DNA of 33,260 bases from a virus (IMGVR_UViG_3300031519_000115:1-33260), one strand, 5' to 3'; shown: positions 1 to 8,652, counted from the stretch's first letter. Program-made: numbers and translations. Notes: generated by a model from the letters alone, not told the origin.

Positions 1-128
1 GTGACATAGATAGTCTCAAGACCGACCTTCTTGACGCCAGTGACCGCTGTATCAACATAAGCCTTGATTGACTGCTGGGTCGCCAGCTTAGTGGCAGAGT
101 TAGACGACATATCGTCTTCGTCTTTTAT
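1..128. repeat. Terminal direct repeat, copy 1 (circular assembly overlap)
   Basis: Bases 3-128 are identical to 33135-33260; position 2 (t) differs from 33134 (g). Confidence 0.97.
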
Positions 129-425
129 CCCGGTAACGGTTGCGCCATCACCAGCAATATTGACAGAGGTGTTAGCCACAACAACAGTGCCTGTAATCGC
201 AGCAGCAGTTGTGCCACCGATGATTGCGCTGTTGATAGCTGATCCATCAATTGTTCCGCCATCGATGTCTGGAGTGTTTAGGTCCATATTTGCTACGGCA
301 GTTGTACCGTCGAGCAAGTTGTCGATGTTATCTAGGTTAGTGTTTAACTTGGTTCCCCAAGTGTCAGCGGACGCGCCGACCTCTGGCTTTACAAGTGCGT
401 AAGTCGTTGTAGTTGTATCAGCCAT
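1..425 (-). CDS. Tail fibre protein, N-terminal part; continues across the junction into 33132-32646 (about 303 aa in total)
   Basis: ATG at 425 with GGAGG upstream. Reads [35 protein letters not shown]...[18 protein letters not shown], in frame with ORF 32646..33242. This N-terminus resembles podovirus fibre anchor domains. Confidence 0.8.
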   Translation of the reverse strand, partial: MADTTTTTYALVKPEVGASADTWGTKLNTNLDNIDNLLDGTTAVANMDLNTPDIDGGTIDGSAINSAIIGGTTAAAITGTVVVANTSVNIAGDGATVTGIKDEDDMSSNSATKLATQQSIKAYVDTAVTGVKKVGLETIYV

Positions 426-480
426 TTAAGCGGCCTCCGTAAAGTTTAGTTGTTGGCCATAACGACCATATTCGTGCTGC

Positions 481-1083
481 TTATGCAGCGTCTACCCATG
501 TGTTGCTGGCAGGCAGGATATCAACCCAAAGCAACGTGCCGTCAATACTGAGAGTTGCAACACCCGGCATAACCGTTACACCTCGCGCTGTAATGTTTCC
601 AGACATCAATGCACCGCTACTGGCTGTAACATTGCCGGTAGCGTTTACCGATAATTGGCCATTCGTCACAGTAGCTGAGACTGCCGAGAATGTAGATCCG
701 CCTGCCGCAGTAATGTTGCCCGATGTAGCCTGAGAAGATGCAGCACTTAGTGCCGCAGATCGCTGAAAGACGTTGATTCCAGCAGCGGCCATCGATGACG
801 ACGCAGAGATTGGGTAGGAAATTCTGGGGGCACTATAGTCCACCGCCCCGTAAACATAACCGCCATAAACCGACGGGAAGCTTTCTTGCTCTACCGAGCC
901 TAAATGTATCTTCTGCCCTGCTGACGAAAATGCAGCGACTGCGGTTATCTCAAGTGAGCCGCCATGCTTTAAGCCACCAATGATGGTGGTAGTAGCAATA
1001 GCAGACAGCACGGCCTCCCCGCCTATTGGGGAAGCAGCGTCTGAGAATGTAGAGTAGCCGTACCTGTACTCGCCGTACAGCAT
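481..1083 (-). CDS. Putative virion/tail protein (Ala/Ser/Thr/Gly-rich)
   Basis: 200-aa ORF abutting the upstream tail gene; YG-rich motifs and beta-strand-like composition; tail-module context. Confidence 0.6.
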   Translation of the reverse strand: MLYGEYRYGYSTFSDAASPIGGEAVLSAIATTTIIGGLKHGGSLEITAVAAFSSAGQKIHLGSVEQESFPSVYGGYVYGAVDYSAPRISYPISASSSMAAAGINVFQRSAALSAASSQATSGNITAAGGSTFSAVSATVTNGQLSVNATGNVTASSGALMSGNITARGVTVMPGVATLSIDGTLLWVDILPASNTWVDAA

Positions 1084-1084
1084 A

Positions 1085-1465
1085 TTAGTTCAACGTAATG
1101 TCGAGATCGCCTGCTGGGATGCGGAATACATCGCCCGTATCAACAGCTTTCGATGCGCTTAGTGCGCCATATGCCAACAGGTTGCCAGAGGTCGCGGCAT
1201 CAAATACGCCAACATGCGTAATAGTGCCCCAGTCGCCAGTAGCTGTAGCCCACTCAAGTGCGCCGCTGTTTGACGTAGTGGCGCCAGACGTTGTAAATGT
1301 AGCAGTTACTCTAGCGTAAGCTGATCCAGACAGCTCTGTGCCGCCGCCAGCATCGTTAGGGGTAGCAGTGTATAAACCAACGTGCAAAGTTGACGGTGCA
1401 GTGTAAGCAGCGGCGCCAAAAACGTGATCAAGTATTTCTGTCTCTAGAAAGTTTGAAAAGCTCAT
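1085..1465 (-). CDS. Conserved phage tail-associated structural protein
   Basis: MSFSNFLETEILDHVFG...LYTATPND.GGGTELSG..YAR...WGTITHVGVFDAATSGNLL is a widespread phage virion-protein pattern; ATGA overlap with the adaptor gene. Confidence 0.75.
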   Translation of the reverse strand: MSFSNFLETEILDHVFGAAAYTAPSTLHVGLYTATPNDAGGGTELSGSAYARVTATFTTSGATTSNSGALEWATATGDWGTITHVGVFDAATSGNLLAYGALSASKAVDTGDVFRIPAGDLDITLN

Positions 1466-2085
1466 CCGAGTCCTCGTATTTTAGTAGTTAATCCAACGCC
1501 AGAATAAGCGGCAGATTGAGAGTTTAAGTTAAGTTTGTCTACAGCTTCGCCATACAATCGCGCCCACACTTCAGCCCGGCCATCTTCGGCTAGGTATGGT
1601 GCAGAGTTAAGTAGCGATCCATAGAGATAGATGTCTGGGTAGGATGACAGTAACCAGTTGGTGGTTGCGTCGTCAGCTAATGCGGGGATCTTCTGGTAAT
1701 AAAGAAGTTCAGCGGCATAAATGCCATCAGCGGTTGGGAATACTTCAAACTGGTTTTCAGAGTGAGCGTAATAAGCAGGCTTTCCTGCAATGTTGGACCC
1801 TGCCTGACGCTTATCTGCCATAGCTCTGGAGCTAAGCAGTGAGATAACCGACGTATCTTGCCCGGTAAGATGGAATCGAATTGTCTCGACCCAGTCATAC
1901 GGCTTTAATAGGTATTGCCCCTCAATTGTAGTAGAAGCGCGGTTCTCCATCTGCCAGTGACGTATGTCCCGGTTCATCCTCGCCTCGCCCAACGAGATAA
2001 ACGTCGGGATAATAGACGACAGGTCTGAGCGATTTAAGAAGTCAGCCATTGCCGACTGTAGCTCGCTGTATGTACTAATTGCCAT
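1462..2085 (-). CDS. Head-tail adaptor (tail tubular protein A-like)
   Basis: MAISTYSELQSAMADFLNRSDL...FISLGEARMNRDIR...TNWLL..YPDIYLYGSL is a podovirus adaptor pattern; GGAG RBS. Confidence 0.8.
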   Translation of the reverse strand: MAISTYSELQSAMADFLNRSDLSSIIPTFISLGEARMNRDIRHWQMENRASTTIEGQYLLKPYDWVETIRFHLTGQDTSVISLLSSRAMADKRQAGSNIAGKPAYYAHSENQFEVFPTADGIYAAELLYYQKIPALADDATTNWLLSSYPDIYLYGSLLNSAPYLAEDGRAEVWARLYGEAVDKLNLNSQSAAYSGVGLTTKIRGLG

Positions 2086-2105
2086 TATGGACTCCAGTAA
2101 GGTGG

Positions 2106-2117
2106 CCGATTATACCA
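2106..2117 (-). promoter_or_regulatory. Extended -10 promoter motif TGGTATAATCGG upstream of the adaptor gene
   Basis: TGn-TATAAT consensus; near-identical motifs at 5110-5121, 7009-7020 and 28139-28150. Confidence 0.65.
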
Positions 2118-5084
2118 TTAAATGGGGCTTAATAGCCCTCCAATAAAGCGAGCCTCGTCAATTGCCTTCTGATTTCGCTTATCCATGAAGTTGTAGTCTA
2201 GAAGACCGCCTAGCCGATCCCTTAAAGGGGTCTTTGCTGGCAAGGCCATTGTTTGCGCGAATGACGCCGGGCTTCTAACATACTTCGGGATTTGCGACAG
2301 GAAGTCTAGCGAATCTACCGCACCCCCAAGTACACCCATGCCAAGCTCACCTGCGCCCGGTAGCATCTGAGATCTACGGTAAGCAGCAAGCTCTGGCGAT
2401 AACTTTCCAAATGAAGCCGAGCCCATCTCTCGCAGCCGGGCGTCCTCTCTCATCAGGGCATCAAACTTTTGATCTTCTGCCGCTTCGGTTCTTTGGTTAA
2501 TGTCGGCGTACTCTTGGATCATGTCGCCAAATGACGTCTCTTCGACCACTGGGGCTTCGCGGTATTCTCTAGGCTCTGCATATTCTGACGCAGCTAACAG
2601 CCCTGCTGCTGGCGCCGCATACTTGCGGTCAAAGCCTTTAAGCTGAACACTAGGCCCCATGCCGTCTGGATTTAAAACATCTTCAACGGTTGCATAGTTG
2701 TCTGAGCCCATCTTCTGCTGCACTTGCTCTAACAGGCCGCGATCACGGGAGTTCCACATTGCGGCGCCGTCAGGTGACAATGTAGTAGACGGGACCAGCT
2801 TGTTACCGCTTAACTCTTCTGCGGCAGCGTACATTTCACCAGCCAAACCTTGCCTGCGGTACTCTGGGTCGATCTCCGTAAGTTGTGAAGCCATGTATCC
2901 GTCGTCAAACCCGCTGTCTACCGCACTGTCTGTTCTTAAAACGCCAATGCTTTTAGTGCTATCTGGCTCAGATAAAAAATACTCTCCAACCCGACTGTCT
3001 TTCGGGTCAATCATGTCCGTAAGCTCTAATCCTCTTGCAGCTAACTTAGCTAACGACGCATCTGACTCATCACTCATTCCGGCGCCTAAGATGCCAGTCA
3101 TGGCAACAGGGGCTGCTTGCTGCGCTTTCTTGCCTGTTACGGTGCCCAACAATCCCACATCCTTTGACTGAAGATCCAAAGCAGTGCCATAGTCTTCAAC
3201 CATATTAGGCTCAACAGGGATTGCATTCCCTTGGTTCTGCGCCATAAACGACACATCGGGCTGGCCTTGATTAAACTTTTGATATGTGGCTATTTCCCAA
3301 TCTTCCGGGGCCTGACTTGGATCAAATTTTAATCTTGCAGACTCTCTAAACCCTAATTGCGCATACAAGTCAGGCAGCACTGTGTCAAAAGCATCAAGTT
3401 TGGTGCCTCCTTGCTCTAAGGCATGCATAATCATGTGAGGCGCCACACCCGTGTTTTCCCCGGTAGAAAATGCAGACACGATGTCTCCGTCAGGCTTTAG
3501 CGCGTACCCTGCCGACCCATCTTCTGAGATAAACAGCCGCAGTCCTTCGTAGTCTCCTTGACTATACGCCTCAACAGATGCCCCGTATTTTGACTGGTCC
3601 TTACCTTCTAACAGTTTCTGCCGGAATACTGCGGCGCCTTTTGCGTTTGAACTTAACTCAATGAGGTCTGGCGTTGCAACTCCAACTTCTGTCGCAACAT
3701 CTTGATACTCTGGAGGGAAGGTATACCGTGAAAGTCCTCTAGCTCCTTTTTGACCTCCAATAGTGATTGCCCCGTCGATTCCTGTTGTGTCAAACAGCGG
3801 CTCTTTTTTTCCTCTAACTTGCTTTCTGAATGCATCATATACTCTCGCTGTGGCTTCTTTTTGTGGGTTTAAAAACGTGGCCCCTTTCTCTCCAACCATC
3901 ATCTCTTTTGGGGTCAACGGTATACCCTGTTCTTGTTTTCTTGCTATGTTTGTAAATTGGTCTGCTGTGGCTCTTGCAGATTTTAGTGTTGCGCCTAATA
4001 CCCCAGCTTCGGCTTCGTCAGGGACTAAAGCCGCAGCCGCAGCCGCAGCTCCTAGTACGCCGACAGATGCAGGAGAATTTATGTTTATTCCTTTGTCTTG
4101 CATCCTGCGCAGGTCTTGCTCAGTGACTATCTTGCTTGTGTCCTGCCACTGTAATGATCTGGGAGCCAGCGGCTTGCCGCTTGCGGTTGTACGGTCCAAC
4201 AAGAAATCATAGGCAGTCACGGGCTCTTGCAGTACCCCTACGCCCTCACCGTGAAGAGAGGCGTTGTAGTCCGGGCTAAGGTTTGGCGTGAATCCGCGAT
4301 CAATATCTAAGACGCCGACATTTTGCAATGATCCGTGAGGTATGTTTAGACGATCTTGTCTTGAGGTTGCGACTCTAGCCTGACCTTCAGTTAGGCCGCC
4401 TTCTAAACGCATTTGATCAAGCGCAGCAGTAACCTCCATTCGGGTTCCGCCGCCTGTTGCATTCCATATCTTCTCAGCGTTTGGGCTATCCGCACCCGGC
4501 CAGTCAGGTATTTTGGATTTAATAAACTCATCCATTAAAGAAACGGATTTTGCAGGCGCATTCTCAAGGTTGTAATTAATCATGGTCCTGCCGATGCCGG
4601 TCCACCAATCACTAGACTGAGGGCCGCCCTCGTAAGGGAGAAGGAAAACATCTTGACCGCCGGTATCCTTACCTAGCTTCTCAACCTCTGCCTGCCTTGC
4701 TTTGGCTCTTTTTACATACTTGTTTGCAACCTTAGCATCGTTCTTCCATAGAGCTTCATCAGGCGCATAGAATATATGGTCAACACCCGTCTCCATCGTA
4801 ACTGGCCTTGCTAAAGGCTTGTTACCAATCCCGACTAAATCGTACCCAGAAGCCGTCACATCAGACTCAGGAAACATTACCCCCCGACCTTCTAATTGAG
4901 AAAGCTTAAATGGGGCCTGATCGAAGGTGCGGACGTCATTGGCAATATTAGGGCGGTAAAAATCTTCTAGGACCGCAGCGGTGCGGTTTGAGTATTTCCG
5001 GTTTACAAGACTAGGGTCAATTACGGGCTCGTCTAGCAAATCCATTAAACCCTTCAGCCCTTTTTTAATTTTTCCAATTGCCAT
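2118..5084 (-). CDS. Large multi-domain (polyvalent-type) protein with two GNAT-like domains; possibly virion-packaged
   Basis: 988 aa. GNAT-like module 1: LFISEDGSAGYALKPDGDIVSAFS...GGTKLDAFDTVLPDLYAQLGF. Module 2 has acetyl-CoA motif A (IDPEYRRQGLAGEMY...LSPDGAAMW). Hydrophobic linkers separate the modules. Confidence 0.7.
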   Translation of the reverse strand: MAIGKIKKGLKGLMDLLDEPVIDPSLVNRKYSNRTAAVLEDFYRPNIANDVRTFDQAPFKLSQLEGRGVMFPESDVTASGYDLVGIGNKPLARPVTMETGVDHIFYAPDEALWKNDAKVANKYVKRAKARQAEVEKLGKDTGGQDVFLLPYEGGPQSSDWWTGIGRTMINYNLENAPAKSVSLMDEFIKSKIPDWPGADSPNAEKIWNATGGGTRMEVTAALDQMRLEGGLTEGQARVATSRQDRLNIPHGSLQNVGVLDIDRGFTPNLSPDYNASLHGEGVGVLQEPVTAYDFLLDRTTASGKPLAPRSLQWQDTSKIVTEQDLRRMQDKGININSPASVGVLGAAAAAAALVPDEAEAGVLGATLKSARATADQFTNIARKQEQGIPLTPKEMMVGEKGATFLNPQKEATARVYDAFRKQVRGKKEPLFDTTGIDGAITIGGQKGARGLSRYTFPPEYQDVATEVGVATPDLIELSSNAKGAAVFRQKLLEGKDQSKYGASVEAYSQGDYEGLRLFISEDGSAGYALKPDGDIVSAFSTGENTGVAPHMIMHALEQGGTKLDAFDTVLPDLYAQLGFRESARLKFDPSQAPEDWEIATYQKFNQGQPDVSFMAQNQGNAIPVEPNMVEDYGTALDLQSKDVGLLGTVTGKKAQQAAPVAMTGILGAGMSDESDASLAKLAARGLELTDMIDPKDSRVGEYFLSEPDSTKSIGVLRTDSAVDSGFDDGYMASQLTEIDPEYRRQGLAGEMYAAAEELSGNKLVPSTTLSPDGAAMWNSRDRGLLEQVQQKMGSDNYATVEDVLNPDGMGPSVQLKGFDRKYAAPAAGLLAASEYAEPREYREAPVVEETSFGDMIQEYADINQRTEAAEDQKFDALMREDARLREMGSASFGKLSPELAAYRRSQMLPGAGELGMGVLGGAVDSLDFLSQIPKYVRSPASFAQTMALPAKTPLRDRLGGLLDYNFMDKRNQKAIDEARFIGGLLSPI

Positions 5085-5109
5085 GAGTTAGCCTAGTGTC
5101 CCAAAAACC

Positions 5110-5121
5110 TCGATTATACCA
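5110..5121 (-). promoter_or_regulatory. Extended -10 promoter motif TGGTATAATCGA upstream of the 988-aa gene
   Basis: TGn-TATAAT in the intergenic gap after terL; member of a four-copy motif. Confidence 0.65.
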
Positions 5122-5127
5122 TATTGG

Positions 5128-6417
5128 CTAGACAATGCCTTTCAGGTTGCGGCGTAATGGCTCACCCCAGCTAGATGACGTGGGCCTGTATCCGACAGCA
5201 AGATAACGCAGCGCATCGGCGCAGTGAGAGGTCCAGTCGTGCAGCGGTCTCCCTCTCCAAGTCATGCCCTTGTCGTCATAGTCCCGGCGATACTGCCTGA
5301 TGGCGTCAATGCCTCTCTCGCACTTCTCTTCGTCAAACCAACACCGGGGAATCATAGAGCGCACGGCCTGAATGCCATCATCGACCATTAGCTGTGGCGC
5401 GATAGTAACGGGACGCACCCCCAGAGCTCCAAGAGTCTCTAGCCTAGACTTGCCTGAGCCCAACTCCCTGACCCGGACATCGTGCGGCAATACATGGCTT
5501 TCGTATACATAACCTTTTGCGTTCAACATGGCGACATAATGATCCAGACCTACACCGCTGCTCTCGTAATAGTCTATAAGGCGCACCTCAGCCCCTACGA
5601 ACTGCGCAAACCAAATAGATGTAGAATCACCTATCCCCAAATCCCAAGCTGTTACAACGCCAACAGCGCGGTCGTATGGCACGTTACTTATTCTGCCCTC
5701 AGCTTTAGCTTCTCGCATCTCAACAGCGTAATAGGCGCCGTCAGCATGGATCTTCATTTCGCCGTCCCAGACATGACCATAGTCATCCGGGCGCAGCTCC
5801 ATATCTTCTTTGCGCTCGTTGTTCAGCACTTTGGGGAAATAAGGGTTGTCTTGCCAGTTGATCTCACAGATCTTGCTGCTCTGGGGAGGGTTGGCACGGA
5901 AGCGTCGGTGAGTAGCTGAATGCTTAGTCTCAGGGTTCCAAGTGACCCAGATCTCGGAGTCATCTTCTCGGACCGTAGGGATTAGCTTCTGCCATGCAGA
6001 ATCAGATACACCTTCAGCCTCATCTACCCAAGCAATGATGATCCGTGCCTTAGACTTAATGCTGTCTAGGTTGCGTCGTAACCCGGCAAACACATAGTTG
6101 ATGCGCCCATCCTTAGACCGGACAAACTTCTCGCCTATATCGTAATACGCTAGAAGCCAAGGAACGCTCTTGATAGCCGACTTAATTTCTTCTAGGGATG
6201 ATTCATCTAGGGAGTTGAGATGCTCTCGTGCGCAGAGTATCTGGCCGCTTAGGCCGGACATTCCATGCTTATACCCGGCGACTGCTGTCATCAGGGCAAA
6301 CGATCTAGTCTTACCTGACCCTCTACCTCCATATGCTCCCCTGTAACGCGCCTCGCCAGAGAATACATCTACTATCTTGGGAGGTAACCTGATCTCTGCG
6401 GTATCAGTCGCTATCAT
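5128..6417 (-). CDS. terL: Terminase large subunit (PBSX/Terminase_3-like)
   Basis: Walker A YGGRGSGKT, Walker B AWVDEAE, coupling motif TWNP, nuclease motifs WDLG..D and HDWTSHCADALRY. Confidence 0.96.
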   Translation of the reverse strand: MIATDTAEIRLPPKIVDVFSGEARYRGAYGGRGSGKTRSFALMTAVAGYKHGMSGLSGQILCAREHLNSLDESSLEEIKSAIKSVPWLLAYYDIGEKFVRSKDGRINYVFAGLRRNLDSIKSKARIIIAWVDEAEGVSDSAWQKLIPTVREDDSEIWVTWNPETKHSATHRRFRANPPQSSKICEINWQDNPYFPKVLNNERKEDMELRPDDYGHVWDGEMKIHADGAYYAVEMREAKAEGRISNVPYDRAVGVVTAWDLGIGDSTSIWFAQFVGAEVRLIDYYESSGVGLDHYVAMLNAKGYVYESHVLPHDVRVRELGSGKSRLETLGALGVRPVTIAPQLMVDDGIQAVRSMIPRCWFDEEKCERGIDAIRQYRRDYDDKGMTWRGRPLHDWTSHCADALRYLAVGYRPTSSSWGEPLRRNLKGIV

Positions 6418-6826
6418 CAGGGAATGGCTCCGCTACTAGCTTAATGACTGTAGGCTTAAATGATGCGTCGGAGCTCGTATGATCGATCTGCTGCTTGTCT
6501 CCATACTTGCGGGGCGACATCCTAGCAACCTTCCACTTACGGCTATCTATGCGCAGCTTGGCTATGTTGATAGTGTTTGAGTCTACCCCTTCGCTAAGCT
6601 CATCAGCTATGTCAATGATCTCATCGGCGTAAAAGTCAGCCTGACAGTCACGGGCTCTCGCGTACTGCTCCGAAAACGTAACTTTGTCTGGTTCTGTCAA
6701 CCATTTCATTAACGTAGACATCACCGGCATGTCGTCACCCCGGCAGATCTGTCTAGCGCTCTCCCCTAGTGATAGGCGCCTGCATATGTCGGCAGCAAGC
6801 TCATCGGTGAATATGGATGGTCTCAT
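6404..6826 (-). CDS. terS: Terminase small subunit (Sf6 gp1-like)
   Basis: RPSIFTDELAADICRRLSLGESARQIC...QYARAR...AKLRIDSRKW...PRKYGDK; overlaps the terL start. Confidence 0.9.
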   Translation of the reverse strand: MRPSIFTDELAADICRRLSLGESARQICRGDDMPVMSTLMKWLTEPDKVTFSEQYARARDCQADFYADEIIDIADELSEGVDSNTINIAKLRIDSRKWKVARMSPRKYGDKQQIDHTSSDASFKPTVIKLVAEPFPDDSD

Positions 6827-7008
6827 TTAGGCTCACAAATGCAGTTAACCTCAAAGCACCGGCATGATCCTTCCATGCGCTGGTGAGTCAGGTAAAGCAC
6901 CTCAATCATTAATTGCTTGTCTCGGTCTACTAATGCCTCAGCATAATCGCGGACCAAGTCCATATCGGCTTCGTGTACGTTCTCGTCAGTTGTCAGTTTA
7001 ATCATCAT
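6823..7008 (-). CDS. Hypothetical protein with C-terminal CxC...CxC
   Basis: 61-aa ORF with ATGA overlap to terS; start lies just downstream of a TATAAT box (possibly leaderless). Confidence 0.65.
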   Translation of the reverse strand: MMIKLTTDENVHEADMDLVRDYAEALVDRDKQLMIEVLYLTHQRMEGSCRCFEVNCICEPK

Positions 7009-7020
7009 CCGATTATACCT
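7009..7020 (-). promoter_or_regulatory. -10 motif AGGTATAATCGG at the head of the packaging operon
   Basis: TATAATCGG shared with three other intergenic sites; ATGs 3 and 6 nt downstream of TATAAT. Confidence 0.55.
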
Positions 7021-7046
7021 CTAACCGTCAAGTTGCGCATAGCAGA

Positions 7047-7307
7047 TTAAACCTCGGTCCCAAACAGCTCTTCTGACATAGTGGCAAACTCTCTCTGCCT
7101 CTCGTGCTGAAGAATAGCGTCATATTCGATGTCGTCTACAATGCTGGCGACCTCATCCTTCCAATCAGACAGCTCTTCTCGTAGCTTTTCTCTGGGGACG
7201 TCAGTGGTCATTAGGGAATCAAGTATGGAATCAAAGCGAACCATCTGATCGCCAAGCTCCAATTCAAAACAGTCTTCAAGACATTTTGATATTGTTAAAT
7301 AGTCCAT
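7047..7307 (-). CDS. Hypothetical acidic protein
   Basis: 86-aa ORF with AAGGT RBS. Confidence 0.7.
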   Translation of the reverse strand: MDYLTISKCLEDCFELELGDQMVRFDSILDSLMTTDVPREKLREELSDWKDEVASIVDDIEYDAILQHERQREFATMSEELFGTEV

Positions 7308-7383
7308 GCGACACCTTTTATGTCAATAGATTAAAGGTATTGTGCATTGAATAGGGGAAAATGTAAACCTTTCGGGACACAGA

Positions 7384-7452
7384 TTAGGCTATGTCGTCTA
7401 CTGCTACTGCGGTGAGGGAGATAACGGTGAAGATAATCATTAATAGAATCAT
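7384..7452 (-). CDS. Small hydrophobic peptide, 22 aa (MILLMIIFTVISLTAVAVDDIA)
   Basis: Manual translation; weak AAAGG RBS; single transmembrane-like segment. Confidence 0.45.
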   Translation of the reverse strand: MILLMIIFTVISLTAVAVDDIA

Positions 7453-7577
7453 GGGGCGCCTTTGTAATTGTGCCGTACAGTATTCTGTACATAGCTAAGG
7501 CGGCATTGTAAGGCGTCTGGGATATATGCACCAATGACGTATTCCTATTGATGACATACCAAATATGATATGGAAGG

Positions 7578-7690
7578 TAGCCCGTATCGGCACCCCAGTG
7601 GGCTAATCTGGGTCAAAGGTACATTAGACCTTGGCCTGATCCTTAACAGCACACCAGCGGATCAGTCTGGCAGGAAGGGATATGCACCCT
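7578..7690. ncRNA. Tandem stem-loop array, candidate structured RNA
   Basis: Inverted repeats tagccc/gggcta, ggtcaaaggt/accttggcc, ctgatcc/ggatcag and aggg/ccct in a non-coding gap. Confidence 0.4.
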
Positions 7691-7693
7691 CGG

Positions 7694-7885
7694 CTAGTAA
7701 ACTACAAAACCTACTAAACAAATAAATATTACCAGACATTGGCCATTGCTTATCCAAGCTGGCTCTACTGCCCATTTACGGAACTGTAACAGCTTATCTT
7801 CAACCTTGTGTTTAAACAAGTGACGATCTGCCAGCCTGTTGGCTTCGTCAATTTTCTTTTTAGAGCTCTTCTTTTGATCTTTCAT
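7694..7885 (-). CDS. Hypothetical protein with C-terminal transmembrane segment
   Basis: 63 aa; GGAGG RBS; C-terminal CLVIFICLVGFVVY. Confidence 0.7.
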   Translation of the reverse strand: MKDQKKSSKKKIDEANRLADRHLFKHKVEDKLLQFRKWAVEPAWISNGQCLVIFICLVGFVVY

Positions 7886-8015
7886 TCAGACCCTCCACGG
7901 AGATTTCTTTTATCTCCTCAATTAGTTTCAAAAAATACGCCTTGTTTTTGATTGGATCAGAAGGCGGATTAACAGAAGCACACAGCTCGTAAACTTCACG
8001 CAAATAAACATTCAT
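7860..8015 (-). CDS. Hypothetical protein, 51 aa (MNVYLREVYELC...)
   Basis: Manual translation; TAATG overlap with the upstream gene; fills the gap between neighbours. Confidence 0.6.
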   Translation of the reverse strand: MNVYLREVYELCASVNPPSDPIKNKAYFLKLIEEIKEISVEGLNERSKEEL

Positions 8016-8464
8016 TAATGCATCCCCCTATCGGATCGCTCTTCTTGCAGCATATGGGCAAAGCTTTGCTCTACCCGGTTACGCATGTCATCTTCTAGGT
8101 ACAGGTAGATCTTGTTTCTTACCTGCTCAATAAAATCAGCAGCATCCAGAGAGTCAGAGAAGTTGTCTAAAGCTTCTGAGAAGTACGCATCATTGTCGCA
8201 CTCGTCCTCATGGTCCTGTTCCGCATCACGGAACATAGCGGCCAGCATTCTTGATGTGCTGCCGTAGGTCATAGATAACGCAAGATCGTATCTGTCGCTG
8301 CAAGTGTGCGGATAGACGTCGTCTAACCAAGTTGGGTGGGTGTTCAGCCAAGTAAAGGCCAACATGTCCTTCTCGCTGTCGTCCAGATCGATTAGGTCAC
8401 CTTCCCATAATGGCTTCTGGCTCATCAGCCCGGCAACGATGTCATTAAGTTCATGGTAAGACAT
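8015..8464 (-). CDS. Hypothetical acidic protein
   Basis: ORF 8015..8470; start more likely ATG 8464 (TAATG coupling to the upstream gene). Confidence 0.75.
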   Translation of the reverse strand: MSYHELNDIVAGLMSQKPLWEGDLIDLDDSEKDMLAFTWLNTHPTWLDDVYPHTCSDRYDLALSMTYGSTSRMLAAMFRDAEQDHEDECDNDAYFSEALDNFSDSLDAADFIEQVRNKIYLYLEDDMRNRVEQSFAHMLQEERSDRGMH

Positions 8465-8634
8465 TAGCACACCCCCAGATTTATGCAGTCATTGTATTCC
8501 ATTGTACTAGCAGCGCAATACATGATTATGAGTATAGCCGCGCCAATCCATCCAGCGCGGTTTTCTTGTTTTTCTAGCTTAGCTTTTTCAACAGTGTTGA
8601 GTTGGCTGTAAGTCATTGAGTGACGATCTAACAT
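8464..8634 (-). CDS. Small membrane protein, 56 aa (MLDRHSMTYSQL...GWIGAAILIIMYCAAST...)
   Basis: Manual translation; AAGGGGAATAAT RBS; one hydrophobic segment. Confidence 0.7.
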   Translation of the reverse strand: MLDRHSMTYSQLNTVEKAKLEKQENRAGWIGAAILIIMYCAASTMEYNDCINLGVC

Positions 8635-8652
8635 ATTATTCCCCTTGGTTTT

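Noticed and set aside
1-128. Terminal repeat as a biological direct terminal repeat
   Set aside because: It falls mid-gene and has a length typical of assembler overlap; best read as circular closure. The mismatch at base 2 is probably an end artefact.
7300-7326. TTGACA upstream of gene 7047..7307 as a promoter
   Set aside because: No acceptable -10 at 16-18 nt, and the implied start would fall inside the gene.
7331-7534. 67-aa minus-strand ORF
   Set aside because: No recognisable features and a weak start; the nested 22-aa hydrophobic ORF is more plausible.
7500-7700. tRNA gene in the non-coding gap
   Set aside because: No cloverleaf with T-loop GTTCRA or acceptor stem found by eye.
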